Below are positions 50,295-62,655 of a stretch of DNA of 64,000 nt, in pieces. The DNA comes from Heptranchias perlo (taxonomy: Eukaryota). The position numbers were made by a program, and so were the translations under genes. The stretch's first letter is position 1. Each line of letters opens with the position of its first letter. The notes under the pieces were generated by a model. That model had not been told where the DNA came from. It searched no databases and was given only the letters and a program-made list of their open reading frames with translations. The stretch lies in NCBI RefSeq assembly GCF_035084215.1, contig NC_090329.1, positions 41,354,001 to 41,418,000 on the forward strand. The letters run 5' to 3'.

Positions 50295-51952
50295 TTGGGG
50301 CGCTAAATTGGGCCGCGTAGTGCCCGTTGTTTCGGCGCTACACGGCCTCTCCGACATCCAAGACACCATCTTGGTATAAGAGTTAGCGCAGGCGCAGATA
50401 ACGAACGCTGGAATCATGTAACGTAGGGAGAAAATGGCATCAATTAATGTGCAAAGCTGATTTAAAGTGATAGACACCATTTTGGGACTCAACGCTCAAC
50501 TCAATGCACAGTCTTAACCCCGACCATCTGAACATGTTTTAGAGTGCCTGGAGGACCCCCCATCAGTGCTATTTAAAGGGACCATGCAGGATTTACAGGT
50601 TAGTGGCTGGATTATTGCTTCTGGCTGCCGAGACATTTGTAACTGTTTTTGGAGGTCTCCTAGACTTGAATACTAAGACTAGGGGACATAGCCTAACATT
50701 TAGAGCAGGACATGCAGGAGTGAAGTTAGGAAATCCTTCTGCACGCAAATTGTGGGAGACATTTGGAACGCTCTTCTGCAGACAGCAGTTGATGCTAGCT
50801 CACTTGTGAATGTTAAATCTGAGATTGATAGATTTCTGTGAATCAAGAGCATTAAGGGATATGGGGCTAAGGCGGGTATATGGAGTGAGATCTCAGGTCC
50901 ACCATAATCTCATTGAATGGCGGAACAAGCTCGAGGGGCTAAATGCCACTGCCACTTGCTGCCTCTTGATGTGCGCCGCCTTCTCCTGCAAGAAAGCGAA
51001 ACGTGAGCCAGGGTGATGTGCCTCTCATGGTTGAATAGCTGCCAGTGTGTGTGGCCTGTGAATTGTGGGTGGGTGGGCTTGCAACAGTGGTAATGTGTGA
51101 GGGTGAGAGGAATCATCTGGTTGGAAGAGTTGAGTACTGATGGAAAGAGTTTATTGGTATGTAGAGGATAGGGGGGTGTAGTGCGTGGAGCAGTTGGTAG
51201 GAGACGCCACTTGACAGTTGACCTCACTCACCTTGACCACTCATGTCAAAGCATTGAACTTCTTCCCGCACTGCATCCATGTTCATGATGCTGTGCGCCT
51301 GGCATTGACTTCGTCCCCCGCTGCCTCCCACTGTCTTTTGGATATATGTTTGGAGGGCCTCTTGCCCACCACCCCCACCCACCCCCCCCCCCACCATTCT
51401 GCGAATATAGGATGTCCCTCTTTCTGTCCGCCTCTTGTACCAAGGTCTCTAGTGCTTCAGCAGAGAACCTTGGTGCATGCACTCTCGCAGGCCTGGTACC
51501 AACTCAGATCGGCAGATTGGTGAGGTCTGGCGTGCAGATTGGAGGATGTGGGATTTAGTAGTGTGCAACCTTTATTCAATGTTTTAACATAACTGATCAG
51601 TGTGTAAATATAGGGATGGGACCTGCATCTGTATTTTATGTGTGCGATGTCTGATCTCCGTTCAGACTCCGTGCAGACAGTAGACTGTTCTTTTCAGCAA
51701 ATAACAGGTACCAGCTCCCTTTAAGAGATTTCCAAGAAACACCCTTCCTTTAAGAGAGTGAGCTCCCTCTGGTGGTAGAAACTGAAAATTGCATTAATTC
51801 CACGTGCAGGGCCTGGAATGGAACACTGATTGCAGATAAGTCCTCGGGTGGGCCGAAACGTGCGTCCTGCCTGCGCAGGGGTCATTGGGCGCGGGGTAAT
51901 AGCACATCACGTGACCTACGCCCAAAAACAGACCCTATCAAATTTTACCCCC
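50295..51952 (-). mobile_element. PIF/Harbinger-type DNA transposon derivative with a spliced Myb/SANT ORF remnant; contains a CR1 3' fragment at about 50660-50942
   Basis: Imperfect terminal inverted repeats (ggggcgctaaatt versus reverse complement gggggtaaaattt). Minus-strand APRFSAEALETLVQE...QWEAAGDEVNA...TWMQCGKKFNAL. The host CR1 resumes precisely after it. Confidence 0.75.
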
Positions 51953-53198
51953 AAAGCGTCTGCAAAGGGATATAGACAGATTAAGTGAGTGGACAAGAAG
52001 GTGGCAGATGGAGTATAATGTGGGGAAATGTGAGGTTATTCACTTTGGTAGGAAGAATAGAAAAACAGAATATTTTTTAAATGGTGAGAAACTAATAAAT
52101 GTTGGTGTTCAGAGAGATTTGGGTGTCCTCGTACAAGAAACACAAAAAGTTAGTATGCAGGTACAGCAGGCAATTAGGAAAGCAAATGGCATGTTGGCCT
52201 TTATTGCAAGTTGGAGTACAAGAGTAAGGAAATCTTACTACAGTTGTACTGGGCTTTAGTGAGACCTCACCTGGAATACTGCATACAGTTTTGGTCTCCT
52301 TATCTAAGGAAGAATATACTTGCCTTGGAGGCAGTGCAATGAAGGTTCACTAGATTGATTCCTGGGATGAGAGCATTGTCCTATGAGGAGAGGTTCAGCA
52401 GAATGGGCCTATACTCTCTGGAGTTTAGAAGAATGAGAGGTGATCTCTTTGAAACATATAAGATTATTAGGGGGCTTGACAGGGTAGATACTGAGAGATT
52501 GTTTCCCCTGGTTAGAGTGTTTAGAACTAGGGGACATAGTCACAGGATAAGGGGTCGGCCATTCAAGATTGAGATGAGGAGGAATTTCTTCACGCAGAGG
52601 GTGTGAATCTTTAGAATTCTCTACCCCAGAGGGTTGTGGATTCTGAGTTGTTGAATATATTCAAGGCTGAGATCGATAGATTTTTGGACTCTAGGGGAAT
52701 CAAGGGTTATGGGGATCAGGCGGGAAAGTGGAGTTGAGGTTGAAGATCAGCCATGATCTGATTGAATGGCGGAGCAGACTCGAGGGGCCCTGTGGCCTAC
52801 TCCTGCTCCTGTTTCTTATGTTCTTAAGTAAAGAAACAAAAGATGGGCCTAGAGGAGCCGTTAATGGCAATATCAGAACCATTAGCAGCACCCCGCTGTC
52901 TGAAAAACAAAGGGAGCAGTGGTTATGTTCTGAAGTTATTGAAATCAATGTTGAAACATTGCTGCTAATGTTTCTGATGTTGCCATTTACAGCTCCTCTA
53001 GACCCATCTTTTGTTTCTTTACTTGTCCCATTACCACCCTCCTTGCCTTGCACCATCATCCCTTTTTGTCATTTAATCACTCCTGCCCTCCACCCTATCA
53101 GAGACCTTCCCTTTTGTTCTTTCCTCCCCTCCCCTTCCTCCCCCACCTTTGCCTGGCTCTGTACTTGCTTGAAAAGTGTTTAATCTTCAACTTTTTCC

Positions 53199-53235
53199 GG
53201 TTCTGACGAAGGGCCATCGACCTGAAACGTTAACT
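53199..53235 (+). ncRNA. Minimal hammerhead ribozyme motif (PLE-associated)
   Basis: GGUU-CUGACGA-AGGGCCAUCGACCU-GAAA-CGUU-AACU. Core intact, palindromic AACGUU, stem II weakened. Confidence 0.7.
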
Positions 53236-56200
53236 TTGTTTCTCTCTCCACAGATGCTGCCTGAGCATTTCCAGCATTTTCTCTTTTTATTTAAGCTGAC
53301 ACTCTCCTTCCCTGCTATTTATGTAGTCCCCTCCTCTTCTGTCTCCCCTCCTCATCAGTGGTGCTTCTGGCTCCAAACTCCTGCTGGTGCTGGTCTAAGG
53401 ATTGAATGCTGCTGAGTGCTAAGGGTGGGAATTCCTAATTCCAATGAGGAATTATGCCCACAGCATGCAATCGATTTGGAGAAGCAGCAACAAAGAAATA
53501 GGTGCCAGGAGCTTCATTGATATTTTTGGCCATAAATGTGAACACTGCCCAGGAAATGCTGACTGTCCATGTGACTTGTGGACTGTTGGCATGTATGAGT
53601 GTGGGTAGCATTAAACCTATTTCAAATGTGCCATGCATAACACAAAAAATACAAAAAAACCTACTATTTGGTTTACTTTAGTCAGATCTGTCCCTGATAA
53701 TTGGTTTAATCGATACTTCAGTCTTTTGTGTGTTATTGGCATAATGGCCCTGTTTAATTCGCTGCAGAAAATGCAGACTTGCAATAATTATGGTAGAAGT
53801 AGGATTACCATCAAAATAATGTCAGATAAGATGATTGTGGTTACAGTAATTAAGTAGAGATAAAAGGAAAGCAATGATTTCACTGCTGGGGCTCAGTGCC
53901 CTTTTAATGGACTTTTTTTTTTACTGTCCTGAAATTGAAACTTTCATCACAAAATATACCTGCTAGTTAATGATTTTTGTAGCACTATTGAAAATCCTGG
54001 AAGCTGTTCCCAGTGCCCACACTATGGAGGCATTGCTGGTGATGAGGACATCCTCTTCCTTTGATTAAGGCATACATCATAAAATGGATGTTCTGATTCT
54101 TCAGGCGAGGTAGCATATCTGATCCATTAGTTGAACTATTGGGCACTTCTTCTGTTGCACATTAAAAGTGTGTGCTCAGTTCAGAGACAATGTGCCAACA
54201 TTTTATTTTTCATCATTGTTACATTCTTCCTTCATATTGCAGAGAATCACCAAGCTTGGATCAGTTGACCTCTCCACTGACAGCAATCTATTTTTGATAC
54301 AGGAAATCCATTTTGTCTAACATTACTTTTAATGAGTTCTGCAACTGTATGGCCTCTTCCTGTGACTCATCCTGTGTTTCCCAGACCGGAGACTGTGGTT
54401 TTGTTTTAAATTTAAATCGAACTGCTCTGTCCGTGAATACGCTGGCAGCTTTAAAGGGTAAACAGCCTAGTTTTATTTTCATTCTTTTTGATTTAGATGC
54501 TCAGTATATGGTATTTATTTTAAAAAATGACAGAAGAAAGAAAATACATTACAATTATGGTTGATGTCAGTTAATTGGAGTATGGTTGAGAGGGACATCT
54601 TTTTATGGAGATAATTTTGGCACCCCTTTATTTCCAATGTACTTAAATCAGTACTCATGGGTGTTTCGTTATGTATATAACCTGGTAAAAGCAATTCTTA
54701 CATTTTCAGGCATCTCAATTAACAGGCTTTAGCCTGCACATAATTAAGAAGCAGTCCCTTTAATGGGTCATTGTATCTGTCTTTTTCTCCCCCCACTTTT
54801 ATTTCCATTTTGCAACTAAGCTCTCCAAAGGCTGTTTCCCTCCGACATTTCCTGCAGCTTGGGGGGTCTGCATATAAGCTGTGTATGTTCATTGAGTTGT
54901 AGTAGATATATAGGGCAGACTCTTCCAATTAAATTAAATTCCATTAAATTAAAGCAGTTAAGGCTGAGTCGATGAACTTCTCCAAAAAGAGTTGAGAAAA
55001 TAATGGTTGGAGATGAGACTGGAGGTTTTAGCAATAGATACAAACTTAGAAGATCAAATGCTCCACAGGGCATTATGATTGCTGTTTGCTGGGACATGCA
55101 GAAATGTTGTCTGAGCAAAGCAGCAAGCCAGAATTGAATAGTGATGTAAGGATAATTGAATACGTTTAGAATTTTACGTGTTAACTTTTGGAAATCAGGG
55201 AGTACTTTCTGGAACTTTCAGGAGATTAAATGGAATAAGAGTCCGTAATACGCTGACTTGCACATAGTCTGTAAATGGGGATGAGCTTGATGAGCCAAGT
55301 GACCATTTTCTTGTTCCATGCTCTTTTTTATATTAATTAGGAGCATGCAACAATGCTAGTCTATTTTTCTCATGAAAGCTGAACAACTGTCCTTTCTAAA
55401 GGGATGTTATTGTTTGACCTGTGAATTTTCAGGCAGGGTCAACTCCAGGTATAGTCCGGTCCAAAAAGTCACATGTCTTGCCACCATGTTTGCTGCTGGG
55501 GAAAGTTTAACCTGCAGCAGATGTTATAGCCTAAAGACTGTTAATCTGCAGTATGTAACCTTACTAAACTGAATGCTGCCTTTACACTATAGGTTCCTGC
55601 TCTGAGACTTGTGGCTTCAGTATCGGTTCCAGTCAGGCAATATCTTGTTTTGCACTGCCTGGCTGGAACTGTTATTCCACTGCCCAGGAGAGAACTTTGC
55701 CCTTGCATAATTACACACATGTGCTTCTTTCCCATAAATGTGTAGAGAGTTTGAGTAGGAGCATCGGCACTGTCTAAACATTTACATTTACTGCAGGTAG
55801 GTTTAAAAAGAATTGTGTGAGGGCTTGGCAAGGGCCAGCAGTAGCAGTTCCTCACCAACTGTATCACCGAGTTATCTTCAGTCTCTACAGTCAGCTGAAG
55901 AAACATAGAGTACTATAAAACACCCCAACTGATGACTCTCACTACCTCCTTCGCGTCTCTGGCCAGCTGACACTACTACCAGATCCTGCCCCGCCTCCTG
56001 TCCACTCCCTCTATGGTTCAGGCCCAACCTAGGGTCTGACCTATCTCCCATCTGCTCCTCCTCATCAACAGTAAATAAATGTTTAAAAATAATAACTTAA
56101 CATTAATTTAATCAGCAAATAGTCATTAAACTACCTCACATTGGGAGCCAGTACCCTCCAGGCTTGGTGCCAAGCCCTCAGGGTCTGTTGGGCTTTTTAA

Positions 56201-57834
56201 AAAATGTATTACTTTTTGTTTTAATGCAAATATATTTTATTTAATTAAAATTTTAGATTGCTGATTATTGTTCAAATATTACATTTTTCAACTAATTCCT
56301 GTTTCATAATCCATTATCATCTCTATTTGCAAGCAGGTGGACTTGTGTTATGTTTTATTTTAAAATAATTTTTTTTGTTGCTAATTGATTCCATTTATTT
56401 TCTTTTGGTATTCAGAAAACATCCTGGCCTACGCAAACCTGCGAGCAACACCGTAGTATTAAAAAAATAATAGATACTCTGGAGGGATTTCAAGGCTGCA
56501 ATCTTGTTTTGGGGTTCAGATGACAATTATAAGCCGTATCAATCTTGGTCTTGCGGTTTATGATGTCATCTAAGTCTCTCAATGCCTTGTAATTGTTCCC
56601 AGGTATCCATTATTCTGGATGTAATGAAGGCCCCACAGAGAACCTGGCACATATATAAGTATTTATTTCAAAATGGATAGCTTGACTTGGTTTGTCTGAA
56701 AGCCACAGACAGCCTTATGCAAGTAATTGCTTTCCACTGCTTGGCTCCACGATTCCAATGACGCACAATCAATTCTACTGCAGGCACGTTTAGTGTCCAT
56801 TTCAAAACTGTCATGGAATATTTTATAAAATGCTGCCAATACTACTTTGGGTTCCTCAGTGATTTATTGGATTTTTGGGGACTGGAATGGTCAGTAAGAT
56901 TATTATTTTGTATCCCTAGTTTATCAGTAATTTCTCAAATTAGAAAAATATCCAACACTAAAATATTCACAGAAAAAAAACTACCCCTTTCTAACTACTT
57001 ACTATAAATATCCTCTTGCATATAGTCAAACTTATGCAATATTTTTCAAAAACATACAGCTGTGTACTTATAAAACAAACATAAAATGTAGACTCCTTTA
57101 CGCTTAGTATGTTATTGTTAATCTGTCAACGAAGCATCAAAAAGGCAATCCATGTGCTTCCAGCATGCACCTAATTTGATGAAGTAAGATGTTAAAGCAA
57201 AGCACCATTGTTTTAATGCAGGCCTGAGGGCATGGTGACACTGTCTAGACAGCAATATCCTTGTTGCTAAATACTACAGGGTAGATGAGGTAAGACTGAG
57301 GTTAAGTTCATCTGAGCCTCATGTCTCATAGGTGGTAATGACACCCTTCTTCTCACTAACCACCAGGAGGCACTAAACCAAACTAGAGCGGACATCATCG
57401 ATACAAAAAATGTTTAAAATAAAGTCATTTATCCTGGTTTTATGGAGTTGCTCTCCTCATCTGCTTATGTTTTTAATGAATTTTACCAAGGGCCCATAAA
57501 AATAAACAGTTATAAGTGCACACTTCTCTCACTGATTCCTGTTCAAATCCTTCCCCACACAATAAAAAGGTCACCAATGACCACAACCACAGCTCGCAGG
57601 CTTTCCTTATCTTCCTCGATGTCTCTGCCTTCTTTGATGCTGTTTGTGATTCGATTCTTCTCCCCTGCCTCTTCTTCAGGGTTGAGAACCTTGGCACAGC
57701 ACTCTTGTAGTTTCACTCCTGCACAGTTGTTGCACACCTCCTCCAACAGTTTCTCTTCCTGTGCCTGAACAATCGCTTCCAATGAGTCTCAGGGCTCCTT
57801 CCTAGCTACCCTTATAATTATTATTTTCATGCTA

Positions 57835-58110
57835 CCCCTTGATGACAACATCTGCAAGCACAAGGTCAGCTTCCACATGTACATTTATGGTACCCAATTC
57901 TATCTCTCTGTTGCTACTAATGACCCCAGAGATGTTGCTGTTCTAGACAACTGACTGTCTTAAAACAAGTCCTGGAAGAACTTAAATTTGACAAGACTGA
58001 AGCCACCTTCCTCAGCTGTCACCAACACCTGGTTCTGACTCAATCATTCTCCCTGGCTGTCCATTCAGGCTGGTGCACAACCTTGGTGTTTTGTTTGCGC
58101 ATTTGTTAAA
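57835..58110 (+). mobile_element. Old L2-like RT fragment
   Basis: Degenerate SFHMY..TQFYLS, LKFDKTEA and HNLGVLF. Confidence 0.55.
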
Positions 58111-60349
58111 CCTATCCTCCTCCACTGTCTCTCCTCAGTGGTCTGCATTCACTGCTTCGACTACTCTGGTGGCTACGCATGTATGTCTCCAAGAAGATGG
58201 ACAAATAGTGACAATGTTACGCATGCTGTGCAACATTATTATTAACAGAGGCATCAGCATGCAGTTCACATGTGACCACCAAGCGCCAGTGATAAAGGAG
58301 GATGAGGAGGTGCTACAACATCTGTCCACTGAAGCTGGCAGCATGAGCACAATGACAGCATTGGATTGATGTCTTCTACCCCTGAGCTACTGCACTGGGG
58401 CATTTGTCTAGTGTTGGCTGCAGTGAGATCTGTCTAATCTCATACCCACTTTTGTCTTGTATCTCACCAGTAACTCATCAGCAACATGACCATCTGCTGA
58501 TATCCCTTGAGGTTCGCAGTGCAGGCATAGGCAGCCTGATGTTTTAATTAGTGGCAACATTTATTTAACACTAATGTGCATTACTACGTGGATCCCTGTC
58601 TGTCTCATTAAGCCTGGAGTTATACTGTACTAGTGGTCTGAGACTGATAGTTACAGAATCAATTTGTAGCTGGCAGCATGTCAGCCTTGCTGGAATTGTC
58701 CTCTTGTGTATGCAAAGAGGTCCAACTGGTACATTTGAAAAACATTAAGAAATTTCCTTAAGTTTATAAAGTAGAAGCACTTTTTAAACCTGGTTTGACA
58801 CCACACTGGAATTAAGTTCCATGTCATGTGGCAGCCAATCCGAGGGGGTCTCACACTGGAGAAAATGCTTTGCAGTGACACAAAAATGATAGTATAACTG
58901 CACCCTAACTTTATGCCTCTAATGAAGTGTTTGTGCAGAATTGAAACAAGTAAAAAAGTATCTTTATGTCAAAAGATATATGTGCGATGTACTGGAAATT
59001 GGTACCTTGAAGTGAATGGGTGAGCCAAATTTACTATGCTCTTGTTGTCTTAGTGCTCTTTCTCAAACCTGTGGGTCATAATCTACCTCTACATGCTGTG
59101 GTCTCCAAGGATGTACCAAGGGCTGGTGGCTGTGAAACATCCCTATCTACCAATGGTGAATCAGATGGACCTCTGCCTCCAGCTGTGAGCAACCCATTGG
59201 TCCCAGGAACTTCTTCCGATGTTGTCCCTATATCCAGGAGACGAGAAGGTGTTCTCCTGGCACCTGTGTTGGGCTTGGTGTTCACGCAGTGGGTCTATCT
59301 GGGTATCTTGCCTCACACTGTAAGCAGGCATGTTCTCATGAGGGGCACTGGTCCGCTGGAACACTGAATGGTAAACGCTTAGAGCTGCAGCATTCCCTCC
59401 CACAGGGTGGTCTGCAGTCTTATTCCTAATGGGTTGAAGCTCGATTTCACAGCTGCTTGCTTTCCGTTACCTAAGGCACCCATAGTTACATTGTGAGCAT
59501 CAGTGAAAGATGCACACGCTGGTCTCACTTACTGAGGCTGCCTCAGCACATGTCAAAGACGCTGGCATTACCTGCACTTCAGACCTCATACTGGCAAAGC
59601 CTTCCTTGATGGTGTTACCCATGTTGCTCGTACTGCTTGAAATAGACATAGACTCTTCCAGACCAGACAAACCCTGCCACGCAGTGATCCCAAATAAAGT
59701 TGGCCTGCACGGAAAAGTTCAACCGAATCTGCTCAGAGGCCTGATTTCAGATTCGTGCCTGGAGAGAATTCAGAGTAGCTGGGTCTCCGCTCAGCAGCTC
59801 TGAGCCTCTCTGAAGACTTTCCTGGTAACAGATCCTCACCAACAGTATTGTTGCCTTCTACGAATGAATTCTGTTATATCTCCTGACACTGTGAACTAGG
59901 TGATTCCATATTGCTAAAATATATGGATGGGAATTGCTCTTCCTCTTGCTCGTGGGAGGTGACAGTGATCAGACTTGAGGATTTTATATTTGTGAGGACA
60001 GCACATGGGACAATGGAGAACATGTTAACAGTACTGTGCAGTCATGGAAGTACATGGTGTGGAATTGTCTTTCTTTACTGCCTGGATACTCTGATATTGG
60101 CCAGAGAAGTACAATGCTCAGCACATGGCATGTACCTTTGTGGGACTGCAGGACTCCTGGGGAAGGAATTACTCCAAGAAGTGTCTCATGGTTGGTGAGC
60201 TGAAATAGGCAGGCCTCCCAGGGCAGCAGGATCTTTTCCCACAAACCTCCCTTGTTAGTGCCACTTCTGGCTGTGGTCTCATTGGCCAACTTGGTCTAGA
60301 AAAAACAATTTTATCCATGTAGGTCAACCAGAGGTAGTGCTTGTAATCA

Positions 60350-61550
60350 CAAGAACACAAGGTAGATACGGAAGAGGAAAGCCATTTGGCCCAACTTAGC
60401 TTATCCGTCCAGAAAAAACTTACCGGTCCCTCCATCACAACATCTACTTGTTTCTTAAAAAGAGTTCAGGGTTTTTGTCTGCAGTGCTCTATCAAGACAT
60501 TCACAAGGTAAGTAAAAATGAGAGATGCGATTCTGCCTTCTAACTCGTCATTCTATGGAATCCTAAAATTACCCCCCATAACAGCACCCTATTGTCTCTT
60601 GAAGGACTCCAGAGATTTTCTTCCACTATCCTACCCAGAACCATTTCACGTTTTAATCACTCTTCATGTAGAAGTGCTTCCTGATATCAGTCCTGAACTT
60701 GTCTTTTACCAATTTGTAGCTATGCCCTCTTATCCTACAGTCGTGGTTTAACTTGAAATATTGCTCATGATTGATCCTGTCTCTTCTACTTAGTATTTTA
60801 TATATCTCTATAAAGTCCCATTTCATACGCCTTCTTTCAAGGCTGAACAATCTAAGTTTTTCTAACCTTTTGTTATAACTGTTGGGTAAGGGTATCAAGG
60901 GGTATGAGTCAAAGGTGGGTAAATGGGATTGAAGTACAGATCAGCCATCATCTAATTGAATGGTGAAACAGGCTCGAGGGGCTGAATGCCCTACTCCTGT
61001 TCCTATGTTCCTGTGTAACTGAATCCTCTGACAGCAGGAATCAGCCTCATTGCCCCTCACTGCACTGCTTCCAGAGCTTGGATGTTTTCCTTGGCTTTGG
61101 TGATCAGAATTGAATGCAATATTCAAGATGCAGCCTGACAAGAGCAAAATAAAGTGTTAACATAATGTTTTCAGGCTTAAATTGGGACTAATTGGATAGC
61201 TCTTTCAAAGAGCCAGCACAAGCACAATGGGCCGAATGGCCTCCTCCTGTGCTGTACCTACTATGATACTATCAAATTGCACTGAGTTTGCCATATAGCT
61301 CAGCATTCTGATTTTATGCTTTGTTAATTGCAGCTTTGCAATGGTTGGACATAGTGAAAGTATAGCCCATTGTCACTTCCAGGTCTCTTTAAGCGTCCTC
61401 CAGCTAGTTCAACATCGTTAATTAAATATGCTTTCATCCAGTGTATAAGACTTTACAGTTATCCATACCACTCTTTGTGTGCGGAAGAATTTTCTCATTA
61501 TCAGTTCTAAATTTTCCTTTCACTAGTTTGAACCTCTACCCCTTTGTCCT
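60350..61550. mobile_element. Cluster of CR1 3' fragments in both orientations
   Basis: Minus strand LEKLRLFSLERRRMKWDFIEIYKIL; plus-strand 3' ends at about 60885-61012 and 61180-61272. Confidence 0.75.
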
Positions 61551-62059
61551 CCCAGGATGTGCCATTCATGCCCTGCTGTAGCAAATCATATATAGAGCAT
61601 ACCAGTTCATGTACGCATTTTCAAACACAGGACATAAATGACAGTGGGTGTACATAGTTCTTCCCTATATACCTTCCTTTCCATTTTTAGAGAGTTTATT
61701 GGACAGTCTACATCTTCCTTACAAATTTGAATTTACAATAACAGCAAGGATAAGTAGTCCTCATAAGTGCAGTCTGCAATATTTGTAGCCCCATTGTACA
61801 TTTATTTCAATGGCCACAACATATTTATTTCATGTAGTGATGGCAACAGTGCACTTGCATTACAAGCAGCATCTCATAGATCACCTTACAATACACATCT
61901 TTCCTTTGAGTCTTCCTTTATGAATGGTTTTCTTTAGGGTTGCCTTACCTTTGTATTTTTACTTTGTACTTCTTTCCAACCATAACTCAGAAACACAGAG
62001 TTCACCCTATCAGAAATTTCATGTCAAGGAAACTGGGAGGTGGAAATTGGTTCATGCCA

Positions 62060-62655
62060 GTAGGCCGGTGCAGGGAATGATCCCTGTGGATGGAACAGGT
62101 AGGCCCGGGGCCCGAGCCCTGATCGATATTGGGCCTCAGGCCCCTTTTTAATAAGACTGGTAAGATGAGGACGCCTACTGCGTGTCCCCAGGCAGCTTGC
62201 CGGCGAAGCGAGGATGAATGTTGGGCAACTGAGATGCTGACAATGGCCCTCAGGTAGGTCCTGCTCCTTCTTGCTCCATATTGGGGTAAGTTTAAAAAAA
62301 GTTTAAAGCCATAAAACTTATGGTCTCGAGCCGCCCCGTCCAGGTCCACTGGCTATGCCACTGTGGAACTGCAAATAATTAGTTGGAGCTTGAGTTGGAC
62401 AAGCGACGCCTATTTATTTGACCAATTTGGGAAAGGGGTCCTAAAACAGGCATTAGGGCCCTTCTTAGGATGTTCAAGGGGGCCTAAGGCCCACTTCAGG
62501 CTGACGCCAGGAACGTCTCTACAGCGCCTGAACCAATTTGGTGTCGGATGTGTTTCTGACGCTGTTTGGGTGCAGGAGGCCAGACCTCTAAAATAGACCT
62601 CTGTGCTCCTGCTTTCTGCCCGTAAAACGGGTGCAACAAGGTCCAATTTTACCTT
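62060..62655. mobile_element. GC-rich MITE-like DNA element
   Basis: CpG-rich block ending in ccaattttacc, similar to the 51940-51952 terminus. A similar end (aaatttaccccc) occurs near 63277-63288. Confidence 0.4.

Larger units (their letters stand above)
44161..52825 (+). mobile_element. 5'-truncated CR1 LINE (segments 44161-44504, 49151-50019, 50276-50294, 51953-52825) hosting three insertions
   Basis: The segments join into a sequence collinear with the CR1 at 31875-33945; tail ttcttatgttctta. Confidence 0.92.
43863..53289. mobile_element. Non-coding Penelope-like inverted 3'-end structure (left arm 43863-44160 plus 52826-52955, right arm about 52956-53289), split by 8.7 kb of nested insertions
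   Basis: TSD TTTAAGCTGACACTC at 43848-43862 and 53290-53304. The arms are diverged reverse complements. The sequence gggacaagtaaagaaacaaaagatggg is split at 44160/52826. Confidence 0.88.

Noticed and set aside
52826-53030. Local palindrome as a stand-alone hairpin RNA
   Set aside because: It is the centre of the Penelope fold-back structure.
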